Source: the human T2T-CHM13v2.0 reference genome, Homo sapiens. From it: 64,000 bases of DNA. A program made the translations under genes and the position numbers. Within the stretch, counting starts at the first letter, position 1, and each line of letters begins with the position of its first letter. This document shows, piece after piece, positions 41,041 through 54,397 of this stretch. Where the stretch lies: assembly GCF_009914755.1 (NCBI RefSeq), contig NC_060927.1. One strand, given 5' to 3'. Below the pieces are notes generated by a model that was not told the DNA's origin, did no database searches, and saw nothing but the letters and a program-made list of their open reading frames with translations.

Positions 41041-42109
41041 GTACATGATACTGGGAGCAGATGAGAAATAGTGGTGTTTATGCATCCTGGGTTGAGGTTT
41101 GGTGTGGAGAATATGTGCCTGCTCTTGGCCTTTTCTCACATTATCAGGAAAGGCTAGAGAGGGAGTAGCTAGATCAGGGTGCTGTAGGTGTCCCTTACAG
41201 AAGAGCAGCCCCTGGGGAATAAACACAAGCTATGGAAGGAAGCTTGACCAGGCAGCTGAGTAGGTTTCATGATAGTTAGAGTAGGTGTATATGGATCAAC
41301 ATTAAAATGGTCAGGTCCCAGGCGCTGGTGCTACCATTTTGAGGCTGAGGTTCTTAGTGGAAACTGACAAGACAAGGTAGATTCTAGGGCCTGTAGAAAC
41401 TCGGCAACTCATGTCTCAGACAAAGGGCTAGATCTGTTCTCCATAAAGAACTCTATAAGACAATTAAATAAGCCCACCACCGTATTAAAGGAGAGCAAAA
41501 AATAGAAATAAACAGTTTGCAGAAAAAGAAGTAGAAATGGCTTTTAAGCACATGAAAAGCCACTCAGCCCCACTCATAAAAGAAAAAATGTGAATTGCAA
41601 CTACAGCAAGATTCCATTTTTCACCTATCAGATTGGCAATGTAAGAGTTTGATAATACTAAGAAATGGCTCTCTGCCAATTGGCGCAACTTTTACAGAAA
41701 GACATTTGTTAATATCTATCCAAATTAAAAATGCATATGCCTTTTCACCTAGCAGTTCCACAGGTAGCAAAATGTCCCACATATATATTCTCAAATGTGT
41801 GAAATAATCCATGAAAAGTTTATTCATGTAAGCATTGTTTGTAATAGCAAAGTTTTCAGAACGTCCTGAGAGCCCACCAATAGGACTGGCTAAATAAATA
41901 AGTTTGCGTCAATTTAATGCAACTGTAAACAAGAACAAAGAAGTACTTTTTGTGTAGACATGAACTCCAAGATTTTTTGCTTTTTTTAAAAAAGGCAAAG
42001 TGCAGAAAAACATGTCTAGTGGGCTACTTACTCCTTGTGTTTAGAAAGGGAAAACAGGCTATATACATACTTATCATCTTATGTTTATGCATATGCATAA
42101 ATAGGTGAT

Positions 42110-42342
42110 ATAGATTATCTGTTATTTGAAATGCTTGAGACCAGAAGTGTTTTGGATTTAGATTTTTTTGGATTTTGGGATATTTGCATTATGTTTACCA
42201 GTGGCGTATCCCTAATTTGAAAATCTGAAATCCAAAATAGTCCAATGAGCATTTCCTTTGAGGGTCCTGTCAGGGCTCAAAACATTTCAGATTTTGGGGC
42301 AATTTGAATTCTGGATATTCAATTATGGGGATGCTTAACCTG
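42110..42342. mobile_element. Tigger4a/MER46A-like MITE
   Basis: gaaatgcttgagaccagaagtgttttggattt..tatccctaatttgaaaatctgaaatccaaaat..tccaatgagcatttcctttgag..ggggatgcttaacctg|ta. Confidence 0.85.
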
Positions 42343-42380
42343 TACATTATTTGCCTGTGTGGAGGAAAATTGGGGGATAA

Positions 42381-42729
<349 letters not shown>

Positions 42730-43009
42730 TAGTGCTTGAATTTTGAATCGTATAAATTCATTACCTATTCAAACTTTTAAAATAGAAATATTGCATCCTG
42801 ATCTCTAATATAACCATGGAATTTAATGTGAAAAGTGTGTTTTGAAATACTGATGAATGCAATTAATCATATACCACCCTACTCCTGTTCCTTTTGATAT
42901 CCAACAATATTTGAATAAATTTGATGCCCCAGGAAGACACTATGGGCTTATCCTATAGCTCCTTACATCCTGGTGTTTAGATCAAGTACTGCTGAACATG
43001 CACTTATCA

Positions 43010-43185
43010 CAGTGTGAGATGGTTTTAGTGGCATGAGTAAGGCTTTGGAGGAGGCAGAGCTGAGCATAAATCCTGTTTATATTATCATTGGCTACATTAA
43101 CTTGATTGAGTTGCCTAATCTCTCTATACCTTGATTTCTTGATCCGTAAAATGTAAATAATAACTATTCAGTGCTTTATCATGAA
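43010..43185 (+). mobile_element. MIR SINE
   Basis: ggctttggag..aaatcctg..cctaatctctctataccttgatttcttgatccgtaaaatg..ataata. Confidence 0.6.
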
Positions 43186-45709
43186 GTTGACCTTCAGTCC
43201 CCTCATATGCCATGGGATTTCAAGTTGATTTAAGGATGAAACTCATTAACAAACAGCTTTCTGCATTAGTGTCCCAGCTTTGCCTCTGTTAGAGCCATGG
43301 TAAAGCTGACCAAACTTACCTCTTGCCCCTTGTTTCACTAAGTCCCTTGTAAATGACTCCAACCCACTGTTTTCTGGTTCCTGCCGCCTCTTTGAAGTTG
43401 GTCTCCATTTCTTCCTGGTCAGCCAATTCTCTTTCTAAGGTACACTCAACTTAGCACTAAGAATGTGCTTCTTACCCTCTTTCCTATCCAAAGCCTCTGG
43501 AGGCGTCTTAGATAGTTGTTTTGTCACGGTTGAGAGAAAGGGAATTCCTTTCACAATGGGATTTGGGGGCCAATCTATTGTGTCTGGATCCCCAGGGACA
43601 TGGTGGCAATCATACTTATCTTGGAAGGATTTGTGCCAGGGGTGCAGGGGTAGGTTAGACTCTTCTGTCTTCCCTTCCTCTAACTGCAGCTCCTACTTAC
43701 CTGTGGCAACTTTCAGACGTCTATGCTAACTGTTCATCAGAGTTTGGCTTGGTGTAATTTACAATCAGATGTACATAAAATGTGTTTGTGTCTTGCAAAC
43801 TGTTTACTTAAGCAACTACTAGGACCTGTTACTACATGACATCAAAAGCTCTGAGGTAGTTGTTTTATGGTCAGTCCAAAAAATGATCGAAGGTTTGGGT
43901 TTGTATGTGTTCATGTACTTTAATGGGAGAGAAATTCGCATATGGTTAATAGATTGGTTGCTATGATGAGATAGAATGCTTTTTGAAAAAGTTTCCCTTT
44001 AAAGTCAAACATTAATCACTTTCCAGGTGGAGGGAAAGCAGAAGTGAGAAAAACCCAGACTGTCATAGGCTAGATTTCCCCCAGATATTATTGCTGCTTC
44101 TGTCTCTACAGCCGAACATAACAGCTGGTGAATAGGCAGAAACTGGAGAAAGATCTTTTCTTGCCTTTAATCCAGTATGCTGTTTTCTTGTGCCCGTTTT
44201 ACTGTAATTCTCGGCGGCCATGGGACAAAAGCTGTTGACTGATACATGCAATTACCTCCTCTAATATTGCTCTCAACTGTCGGGCCTGACTGACAAAAGT
44301 GGATGAGGTTTAGTTAAGGTCTGGGAAAACACTCTTAATAAAAGACATTCCCATCTGTATGATCACACCCTCCCTCAGACCTTTTCATCTGTTTTCTAGA
44401 AAGATAAGGTCTGGTGATGGAAAGTTAAAACGTGGTGCTGAACTTGGATGTTAGCAACACCACCATTTACCTCAAAAAAATTCTCCACAGTGTGGTGTGT
44501 GTGTGTGTGTGTGTGCACAGTTTGCATTTGCAATGATGGAAATCAGTTTGGATCATTGGGCAGAGTTTCCCCAGAAAGAATAAGAGGCTCTTTTAGAACG
44601 TTAAACCAGATCCTTATTGGTTTCAGCCCTCAACTGATTATTTTGTAGGTAAAAGAAAGCCTGAGGAGGCTTTCCCCTCTGAGTTTTTCCGTGGATTGCT
44701 GGACTCTGAGGCCCTCATTCCTCTTGCAGGAGGTGTGGAGCAAAACTGTGTTGAATGAACTGTAGATGGAAATTCTCTCCTTCCCACCGAGGAGCCGCTG
44801 CAGGTTGCAGACTCCCAGAATGCCACACTGAGAAGAGGAGGGCTAAAATTCTAGAGCAGAATCCCTGGGGCAGCCCCTGCTGAAGAAGGGTGCATCTGTT
44901 GAGAATCTCATCACCGCCCCCACCCCGCCCAGCCTTCAATTTAGAGGAATTTCTAGTTCACGCAGAATGAAGACAAGATCACATAAGTGAGGACGACGCC
45001 CCATTTACAAGTGTGATTTGGAAGACTGAAGTGGAAACCTTGGGAAGGTGTTCTTATAAAAACAAAAAACTGTGTGGGTTGGGTTGTGTGCCTGCCTTTT
45101 GAAAGGCCTGCTGGTCGTTCTGAATGCAGACTGCTGGCCATGGTGCAGATGGAAACCAATTCTTTAGGAAGGCTGGGCAGCACTTGGCAGAGCCTTCTCC
45201 CTGACTGCTTTGATTTGTGTGCGTGTGTGGGGAGGGGGTTGGGACTGAAGAGGTTGCAGTTTATTCATACACCCAGAAGGGAGCTAATCCAGGTCAGAAG
45301 GAAGTCTGCTCCCTTATCAACAGTTAGGTAGCTTTTCCTATCAGTTTTCCCTTGTGTTGGCACTCAATTTTCATAATACGATATGTAATGTGATAAGGCC
45401 TACCCATTATTAATAGTAGCAATAGCATGGCAAGGTTATTCCTATGCAGTTTTCTTAAAGAACAAAGGGCCAAGCTACTGATGAAGCGAAATTACCTATG
45501 ATTTTAGAACCAGGACAAAACAAATTATTCTCTTTCAAATATCTGCAGACTCTACTTAAAAAAGGTTTCTCTTAGTGATAAGCCCACCTTCCACCTCCAC
45601 CCTTTCCTCCTTCATGTGGAAACTATACATCAAGGTAACACCTGTTTGCTTTCTGCAGGGGCCTCAGAGTATGTCAGCTGGGGTCAGACGGGAACAGGAG
45701 TCTGGCTCA

Positions 45710-46000
45710 ACACACATTTATTGCACTCCTGTTTCATGCCAAGAAATGTACCAAAATCTGGGACTGTGTAACACAGCAAAGGAAAAGACTCATCTCCAGG
45801 AAGCCCCCTTGTCTAGGAAGAGAAATTGAATATCAGCATAAGGTGGTGAAAAGCTGTGAAGGAGATGAGTGCCAGGAGTCCATGGAGGAAGGATTCTAGC
45901 CTGGACAGGTGAGGAATGGCTTTCTGGAAGAAGCAGATGCCCCAGCTGAACTTTAAAATGCCCATGTGAAATGAACTGTCTGTATCTTCAATCAGCAAAT
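45710..46000 (-). mobile_element. L2 fragment
   Basis: caacacacatttattgcactcctg..atgccaag..ggctttctggaagaag..gctgaactttaaa. Confidence 0.6.
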
Positions 46001-46609
46001 GGAGTAGGTGGCCACTGTTTAATTCTGGAATGGGGAAGTGTAAAGGTGTGGTGTGTGTGTTTACCCCTACTTAGGGATTCAAAACAGACAGTAAAGAACA
46101 AAAGTCTAGCCCTTTGAGCATTCTCCATGGGACATTTGAGGTCTAGCTGGCCCCAGAGAAAGAGAGACAGAAGCAAGGTCATATCCATTTGAGAAAATCA
46201 AAGTGTCTGCTCCAATTGAGTCTGGTGTCCTTATTCCTGGAATAGCCATCCCTACTGCTCTGGTGCTGATTTACCTCCGGCAGTTCAGTGCTTCCTGGAA
46301 GGTAGGCTGGGCTTTTTAACAAAGTGACTCCTTACTTGACATGTTTTACCCAAACACAGAGGCCACTGCACTATGTGCAAGAAACAACAAAAAATTAAAT
46401 GAGACTCAATGCCTTCCTTAGGGATCTAAAACCCCAGTAACACAGATAAACAGGTAAACAAATAATGTGATGGTGTGATTCTATAGCAACAGGAATAGAG
46501 CACTGCAGGGCCACCGAAGGAAAAGGTGATGACCTGGCTTGGATTCAGTGATAAAAAGGGGCTTACCTCCTTTCTCTGTTTCTGCTAAAAGCCAGTGATT
46601 ACCCCCTGC

Positions 46610-46775
46610 TTTTCCCATGTTGGGCATAGCTGTAAGTACTTTAGACATAGCGGCACATTTAATCATCATGCAACAATAAGAGGAAGCTGAGGCAGACAGA
46701 AGTGCCCAAAGTCACATACTTGAAGCCAGGACTTGAACCTGGGCTATCTGGCTCCTGAATCCATGGCTTTCACTA
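46610..46775 (-). mobile_element. MIR SINE (internally deleted)
   Basis: catttaatcatcatgcaaca..gaggaagctgaggcaga..tgcccaaagtcaca..gccaggacttgaacctggg. Confidence 0.65.
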
Positions 46776-47524
46776 ATAATGACTTACCCTCCAATGAGGA
46801 ACAAGCTCCATTCTGGCCTTTCTTTAGCGAAGGCAACTGCCTGAGCTCATGGTCTGATCTGGCTTCTGGGAAAGAGAAAGCAGGGGAAACGTCTAGAGAT
46901 GGCATACTGGGAGAAGAAATTTCTTGCTGTGGAATCCTGCCCCCATCTCCCTCCCCACCATACACAATCCCACGTGCATTTACACCTACACGCCGTGTAC
47001 ACACGAACATTTTTTCTGCTACTCCCATGGGCCCCAACTCTGCCTTTTCATCAAAATCACCCAGAGTTTTAAATAAAATGCAGATGTTGAGGCTTGTTCC
47101 TAAATTATAATCTTGGGCATCTAAATTTTTTGATTAAAAAAAATTGACATGCATGCTTAAAGTAAAAATTTAGACAATACAGCAAAGAATGTGTTTGTAC
47201 CCCTCCCACCTAGCCCTTAGTTCTTCCGAAAGGCAAATACTTAACCGTTCCTTGTTATCCTTCCAGAAAACAATATATGCATATATTCATCTTTTTTTTC
47301 TTCTTCCTCTGTAGGTGATTGTGGTGAATAGTCATGAGAATCTGGGAACTGGCTCCTGCTCTGTCTATCTTGGAGATGCATCTTTTGTGAGAAGCCAGGG
47401 CAAGAATAGGGAGGCTTAGGCAATGGGAAGTTTCTGAGTAGATAAAGCAGATGGCAGAGCAAAGGGACAGAGCCTGGCGAGAGGCTACTCCCTGTAGCAA
47501 CCTGCCTAAGAGTGAGAGGAAAGC

Positions 47525-47661
47525 AAGGCATGGCTATGAGCACGTGTAGTCTCAGCTACTTGGGAAGCTGAGGCTGGGGGATCACTTGAGCCCAGGAGTT
47601 CAAGACCAGCCTAGGCAACATAGTGAGACCATGTCTCTTTAAAAAAAAAAAAAAAAAGAAA
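47525..47661 (+). mobile_element. FLAM_A-like Alu monomer
   Basis: ggcatgg..tgtagtctcagctacttgggaagctgagg..gatcacttgagcccaggagttcaagaccagcctaggcaacatagtgagacc followed by an A tail. Confidence 0.85.
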
Positions 47662-48729
47662 AAGGGAGAGAGAGAAAAAAAGGTGACAATTCCCCCAACA
47701 CACATAAAGTACATAAGAGTTAACAAGGACACAGTGGCAGAAAATAGTCAGAACTGAGCAAGCATCAGTGAGGAAATGTTTTCCTGAGGAGACTTGAGAA
47801 GTCTCAAAAATGAAAAGAAAGAGTATTTGGTGTAGAAAGAATGGCATGAGATGTGAAAGCTCATTCATCCATTTATTCCAGGTATATCTTTTTCTTCAGT
47901 ACTTTGGGAGGCAATAGGTGTAATAGCAAGAACATTCAGGTTAGTGGGTTAGTGTGAGTCTGCCATATGTATGAGGGTTGAATACACATTAGGTGTGGTG
48001 ACTGTCATATGGGAGGCACTGCAAGGTGAAGGAGACATGTCCTCACATTTGGTCTTTGGGAAGCGAAGCAGGCAGAAACCCAAGTGCAAAGTGGCCATTT
48101 GTTTTCCTAATGCTAGATAAGTACCTGATGTGTTGGAAGGGTGGAGTAGAACTAGAAACTCCTGGAAGTTCTTTTAAGAACGAATGCAGGACCTCATCAG
48201 CCCGAGTCTTTAAATAAGTCACACATTTTTGGTCACCACATTCTGGAAGGGGGACAAAAAGATCTGTCACAGACAAAATTTGGAGATATTTAAGGCTTTG
48301 TTGACTTTGGCAAATGCTTGATTATAGTTCTGTGGTCTGTTTGTTTTCTAGAGTCTCCATGAATTGCAAGGGAAAACAAGTGGTACACTGGTATTTCTAT
48401 TTGATAACCTGTTCTCTTTGGAATTCCGGTTAGAAATCAAAGGCTTACTTGAGTTTTAATGCTTTCGGGACTTCAAATGCTTTTCTATCTTCCTAATAAT
48501 ATATTAACATTTTCTGAAGACAACATATATGTGGAAAACAACATTATTTACTCAAATAATTTTTTTTGAAAAATGGACCAAAAAAAAAGAAAAACCAACA
48601 AAAACCTTTTCATGTTGTATCTCAGACTAGCCCATGTTGTGTTCCAAAATTTTTTTGCTGAATGGTTGTTTCTGTAATTGAAAGGCCCATGATTTTTTTT
48701 TCACAGCACCATTTTGCTTTTTAAAATTT

Positions 48730-49000
48730 CTACTGTGTGCCAGGTATGGTTTTGGCATTGCATCCTTGCAGGAGCACTGCAAGGGAATGATTGCGCTATT
48801 ATCTTCATTTTACAGACAAGGAAAGTGAAAGCAACAAAAAGTTTCATATCTTACCTAAGGTCTTCTTGTTCTGATAAGTGATCAAGCTGGTATTTGAACT
48901 TGGGTGCCTCAACATGAAGGTCAAGCATCTCATTTTACAGATGAGCCAACTGAAGTCCCAAGATCACTCACCTCATTGGTTACAGATCTTGGAGCCCAGG
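48730..49000 (-). mobile_element. MIR SINE fragments (two cores)
   Basis: tactgtgtgccagg..ttcattttacagacaaggaaa; second core cattttacagatgag..aactga. Confidence 0.65.
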
Positions 49001-49017
49001 GACTCTCAATTCAGGAC

Positions 49018-49187
49018 CAGTATGCTTTGCATGACATGCAGGATGTATCTGAGACACAAACTGTGGTTTGTTCTCTTTTCTTCCCAATGCATCCTGCGTA
49101 CAGTATGCTTTGCATGACATGCAGGATGTATCTGAGACACAAACTGTGGTTTGTTCTCTTTTCTTCCCAATGCATCCTGCGTACAGT
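49018..49187. repeat. Perfect 83-bp tandem duplication
   Basis: 49018-49100 is identical to 49101-49183, followed by cagt. Confidence 0.97.
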
Positions 49188-50439
49188 CTCCCTACCCCCT
49201 TCCCCCATGAATCCATGTTTGTTGTTTCCCAGGAGATACAGATGATGGTCCCAGACTCTGTCCATTCTGATCTTTGGCATGGACCCCTAAATCCAGCCAA
49301 ATGCAGCACCCACAGTCCCTTGCCTGAACAAGATATGGGCTTTTCTATCTCTGTCATTATTCACCATTTACTGTGGTTGGCATGCCTTCTTCCTGCCAGC
49401 TCCACAGTTCGAGGTGCCACTATTCTTTCAGATGCATCACACATGCTACTTCTTTTATGAAACTTGCAGAGTCTCAGAGTTGCATGAGATTTGTCACTCT
49501 TGTTGAGAGAAAGAGGACAGAGTGGAGAAGAAAAGGGAAGGGAGAAAATGGGTGGAATTTATGGCCCTAGATATGAAGCTTGGAGATGACTGAAGTGATA
49601 GATGACTCCAAGGATAATCAATAGCCATGAGAGTTATGGCTTATTGAAAGCTTACTATTTCTTGGGAGAGTGCAATGTTATCATCTCCTTAAATTCTACT
49701 GCAAGTCGTCAGGTTTCTGCAGCTGGGATTTAAGCCCAATTCTGCCTGAAGCCAAAACTTGTGTTCTCTTTCACTGTTGTCTCCTAAGACAATTGGTTGT
49801 GAGGTAGAAAAAGAACTGGATAATCCTCAAAATGGAAAATTAAAAAGATGAAACTAAATTGGGGTCATGGGTTGAGACAATACAGTGAGAGACACTGGAA
49901 TTGGAAGAAATGAGGCATGAGGCCAGAGTGGAGCTCCCTTAGGACAATGCTTTTGGCTTCTGGAGCCTTTATTACAATGAGGCAGCTCAGGACTTACAGT
50001 GTTCATCTGAGTGCCGGGAATCGTACTGTCATGGTGCTTCTCATGGCTTTTTCATCTTGCTTTGTGTTATAGGGCTTTGGGTTCACAAGCTCTCTGAAGG
50101 AGCTGACTGTGAAGGCAAGGACTGTGTCTATGCCTTTTTTAAGGAGACGCACAGTTTGTCTTAACCAAGTGGACACATGAGAGGCACAGAGAGGGGTGCA
50201 CCTCAGTCTACCCAAGGATATGGAGTGGGGGCTTTATGGAGACCTGAGGGGCCCAGGCACAGAAAAGAGACAAAGTGAGGGAACACTTGAGGCAGATGGC
50301 AGGGCACATGCTTAGGGAGGAAAGCTTGGAAAGGCACAGGCAGAGTGTTTAAGGATGTGCCCAGCATGTAATCTAGAGAAAGCAGTCAGAGGAAATGAGA
50401 CTGGAGAGGCAGCTCGAGGCAGGGCATATATGTGAAAGT

Positions 50440-50830
50440 CACTCGCACCCCCTCTTATCATATGACTCCAGGCAGTCCTCCAACCCGTCCTCCAACCCAC
50501 CCACTCGAGCTTCCTGCCTTCTGACAGGTTTCCTTATTTCTGAGCCTCTCGTAACAGGCCCAGTATATCCTTCCTTGCTCATGTAAAGAATTCCACTCAT
50601 CTTTCAAGACATTTTAAACAGAAGTCCTGTGAGGCCTGCCTTGAGACACTCACACTCAATTTACTTTCTTCAGAAGTGTCTTTTCTACTTCTCTGTTCTA
50701 GCACAGCCACAATGTTTCATCTGTTTCCCCTACTATTGTGAGGGCTTCTTCCACAAGAAGAATTTTGTCTTCTCTTTGCACCCCCATTACCAGCACATAG
50801 TAAGCGCTCAGCACATTTGATAATGGAATG
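50440..50830 (+). mobile_element. L2 fragment
   Basis: ttccactcatctttcaagac..tctgtttcccctact..tgtgag..cagcacatagtaagcgctcag. Confidence 0.6.
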
Positions 50831-51977
50831 GCTCTGATTTTACATTCCTGTATTTTTCCGGCAGATAGTGAGTAGTCAGCGGGGACTCATGCATGACTCT
50901 GGGAAAAGTAGAGGGTAATTTTTTTATTTGCTTTTCGAGGGCTGATCAGGGCTCCTTATTTTTATGGCGGCCAGCATCCTGCTCACCCTGACTCCCTCCA
51001 GCTTCTGGTACCTGCATATCCAGGCTATGTTAATTTCCCTGCATTTTTCCTCTTTGTCACTTTTTCTTTTTTTTCTTCAAAGAGCGTCGCAATCTCTCAG
51101 GAGTTTGATTATATTGCAAGATGAATAGGATATTTGAATTATGCTATTTAAATGAGTCATCTCAACCCTAGTGTAATTGTTCACCCCCTGTCACACTAAA
51201 CGTGACCTACATTTTTAAAAGAGTGCTTTTGGCCTGAATAGAGGATTGCTGAAATTGTTGGGTTCCAGTTCTCAGCAATTTATCATTTGTTATCACCGAG
51301 TGTGTCTTTTGTTTCACATCTGGGCAGATGTGAACTTTTAAAACTGTCTCTCACTAGACCTATCAAAAGAAGCTGCTTTTATTTGCAAAAAGAAGGTGAA
51401 CTGATTTCCTGGGTGTTTATGTGTGTGTGGTATGTGGAGGGGCACAGAGGAGCAGCAGAGTTCATTAAACAGAAGATGTCTGGTCTTGGCTAAGCAGTTT
51501 AAAAACATATAGGAGTACTTATGCTGAATTGATTCACATTTTGGTTCTGTGGCCTGAAACTTGCTTGTTTCACCCTTCTTTTTTGAGAGTTTTGGTTGCT
51601 CTAAAACTAAGCCTGTATTAATGCTCTTGAGATGGATCAACTGGGGAGCCCTGTCATGCCTTACCATTTTTTCATCTTGGAGTCAAGCTGCAGGACAGGA
51701 TTCTTATACTGCCCAAATGATTGGAGGCACATTTCCCTCCATTGTCCATTTCTTTGACAGGCTGTGAAACATAACTAACTCCAAAGCCACCTATCAAAGT
51801 TCATGAAGGTTTTAGTTAGGAACTGGTGGTTTTGTTGTTACAGATACTTCAGTTATTCAGACTGTGAATTTGAGTCACAGCCTACTAGGCAAGGCCCATA
51901 CTGAGATACAAAGGAACTGAACTTTCTAAATTAGAGGTGAGCAGCATTTCTGAAGTGATAGATAAGGTCCTTGTACT

Positions 51978-52335
51978 ACATTCATTCAGCAGATATTGAT
52001 TGTGTGCCCATGAATCAGGCATATGTGTAGGGCGTTAATACAAAAGAAACTGGCCCCTACCCTCAAGAAGTTCACAGTCTAGTGAGGTTGACAGGCATGC
52101 AGATGATAACATAATGGAGGCATGCAAGAAATGCTGTGGAAAATTAAGACAGCACAGTCTGCCTGAGGAGAGTGGTCAACGTTTAATAGAGGAGGATGTG
52201 CTTGTGTTGGAACTTGTAGGATGAGTAATGGTGAAGGCAAAGGCTACTGTGGCTAGAGTCTAGTGCACGATGATGGAGATGAGGTGGTCAGAACACGAGG
52301 GTTCTTGTATGTCAAAGTATGCTAGTTTTACACCA
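51978..52335 (-). mobile_element. L2 3' portion
   Basis: cattcattcagcagatattgattg..ccctaccctcaagaagttcacagtctagtg. Confidence 0.7.
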
Positions 52336-52342
52336 TACATTT

Positions 52343-52945
52343 ATTATTATGAATTCAGCTGCGAGGAACAGAAATCTGCAATTCAACTGGCTTAAACACT
52401 GAGGAAAATTTATTAGCACATGTAATATGTTCAAAGGCAGTTCCAGGATGACTGAATTCAGTGGCTCGACTCTGTCATTAAGGACTTAGGTTCTTTCCAT
52501 TTTTTTTGCTCTGCCATCCTTGGTATGATGGTTTGCTCTCAGACTTGCTCTTCTCCTGATCGCAAGGTGACCAAAGAGGAAGAGAGATTTGTTTCTTTGT
52601 TTTTGAGGTTTGTTGGTGTTTGTTTTGTCTTGATTTGTGTCTTTTCAATCAGTAAGGAAAATCTTTCCTAAGGAGCTCTCCTGCCACTCCCATCAGACTC
52701 ATCCTCATGCCTCAGTGGCCAAAAGTGCATCACGTGCCCAATCCTAAACCATTCACTGGCAAGGGGAATGCAACCACCATTACTGGCTCAGACCAATCTT
52801 GATTCACTCCCTGGAAGAACTGTCCCACTTCTTCTGGATTATATGGCCCAGGTAGAGGATACTGGAACAAAATTGGGTTTCCGATAGAGAGTAGGAGAAA
52901 GGGAGACAATTGATTGCTGAGTTGGCAACCAACAGCATTTGCTAT
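52343..52945. mobile_element. MLT1J/K-like MaLR LTR
   Basis: aacagaaa..ttcaactggcttaaaca..atttattagcacatgtaa..gtcattaaggac..tcctaaaccattcactggcaaggggaatg..gaacaaaattggg..ggcaaccaacagcatttgcta. Confidence 0.8.
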
Positions 52946-53303
52946 GGTAGATGATGAGAAACCAGTATAGATAATTGAGCAGGAGTGGCATGATCAGTTA
53001 TGTTTAAAAAAAGTCCTATCAGAAATGTAGAGTTGAGCTTAATAGACAGAAAAATTGAGAACACATGGAATAGTCTTGTGAGCAGCCAAGGAACTGATCA
53101 ACACACATGTGGAACTGGAGCTGAAACTTTTCTGGAGTCATTCTTCTGTAGTGGTAGGAGGGGGTATTTAGGGGTAGAAAGGCAACTAATGCAGAACAGA
53201 GATTTACCAAGAAGTTCCTTATGGTACTGTGGCAAACATGCAAGTTTTTAAAAAAAGGTTCAGATGATAATGTGGTCCACTCAGAGGAGCCACTGTGGCG
53301 ACA

Positions 53304-53497
53304 GAATGCTAGCATTTTGGAACTGGTAGTGATCTTGATGTCATCTAGTTCAAGATCTTTATTTTACAAGTTACAGAACTGGGACCCAGGCAAGCAAAGT
53401 GATTTGTTAAGTTCCTATGTGTGGTCCATGGCTGAACTAGAACCATGCCCATAGATTTTCTGACTTTCAGCCCAGGGCACTTTGTAATGGATTCTCA
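53304..53497 (-). mobile_element. MIR3-like SINE, copy A of a local duplication
   Basis: gaatgctag..ctgg..tcatctagttcaa..attttaca..aactgggacccag. Confidence 0.7.
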
Positions 53498-54200
53498 GGG
53501 CCCTCTCATGGGGTTTAATGTGTCCATTCGGGAGTGCTGTAGAAGCTCCACAGGCCCTCTTCCTATGTTTCTCTTATCCTTGACAACAATTCTATTGTTG
53601 GAATTTTGTTGTTGTTGTTGTTGAAATATGGTTTTGGTTTCTATAAAAATGCAAATAATACTGATAAGTATAATGTTTTAAGCTCTTATCATTCATTTGG
53701 ATCTTAAAGTGAATGTGTCCTTCTTGTTTTTTCTTTGAAGCAGATTTTAATGGGGGATGGGAATAAGAAATTCAGGGTACTGGAAACATAAAAGGAAAAA
53801 GGAGGCCCTAAGAAGAATCCCGAAGAAGAGAAGCTGGAGGCTGAGGGTTCATTACTTTGTTGAGGGTGTTTCTTATGACACCAAATAAGACCCATGGTGC
53901 CTGAGATACTAATGAGAGGCAATTGCCGTCCTAGTGTGAGGTGGGGCCTCTGGCCCACTTTTCTTGACAATCTAAACATCCATTCACAATGACCCAACTA
54001 CACTTCTTCACTCTTTCCTTTGGTCTTCAATGTGCCTATGCCTATCCTCCCCAGAACATATATAGTTTTGGCTAAAATTGCTATGCAGAAATTTTTGGAA
54101 ATTCACCCTGGTAGACAGAGCATGACAGCAGGCATTAAAAAAAAAAAAAGTTCAGTTAAAAACAAGAAAATGGTTTGAGAATCAAGCTCTTACTGAGAAG

Positions 54201-54397
54201 GAATCTTAGCATTTTGGAGCTGGAAGTGACCCTGAAGTCATCTGGTTCAAGACCTTTATTTTACAAATGAGAAAACTGGGACCCAGACAAGCAAAGTGAG
54301 TTGTTAAGTTCCTCCTGTGTGTGGTCCATGGCTGAACTAGAACCATACCCATAGATTTTCTTCCCTTCAGCCCAGGACTCTTCGCAATGGGTTCTCA
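54201..54397 (-). mobile_element. MIR3-like SINE, copy B of a local duplication
   Basis: gaatcttag..gagctggaagtgaccctgaagtcatctggttcaa..attttacaaatgagaaaactgggacccaga. Confidence 0.7.

Noticed and set aside
49018-49187. Hairpin-containing repeat as a CRISPR-like array or pre-miRNA
   Set aside because: Only two contiguous units with no spacers, in eukaryotic DNA; the stem is too short for a miRNA precursor
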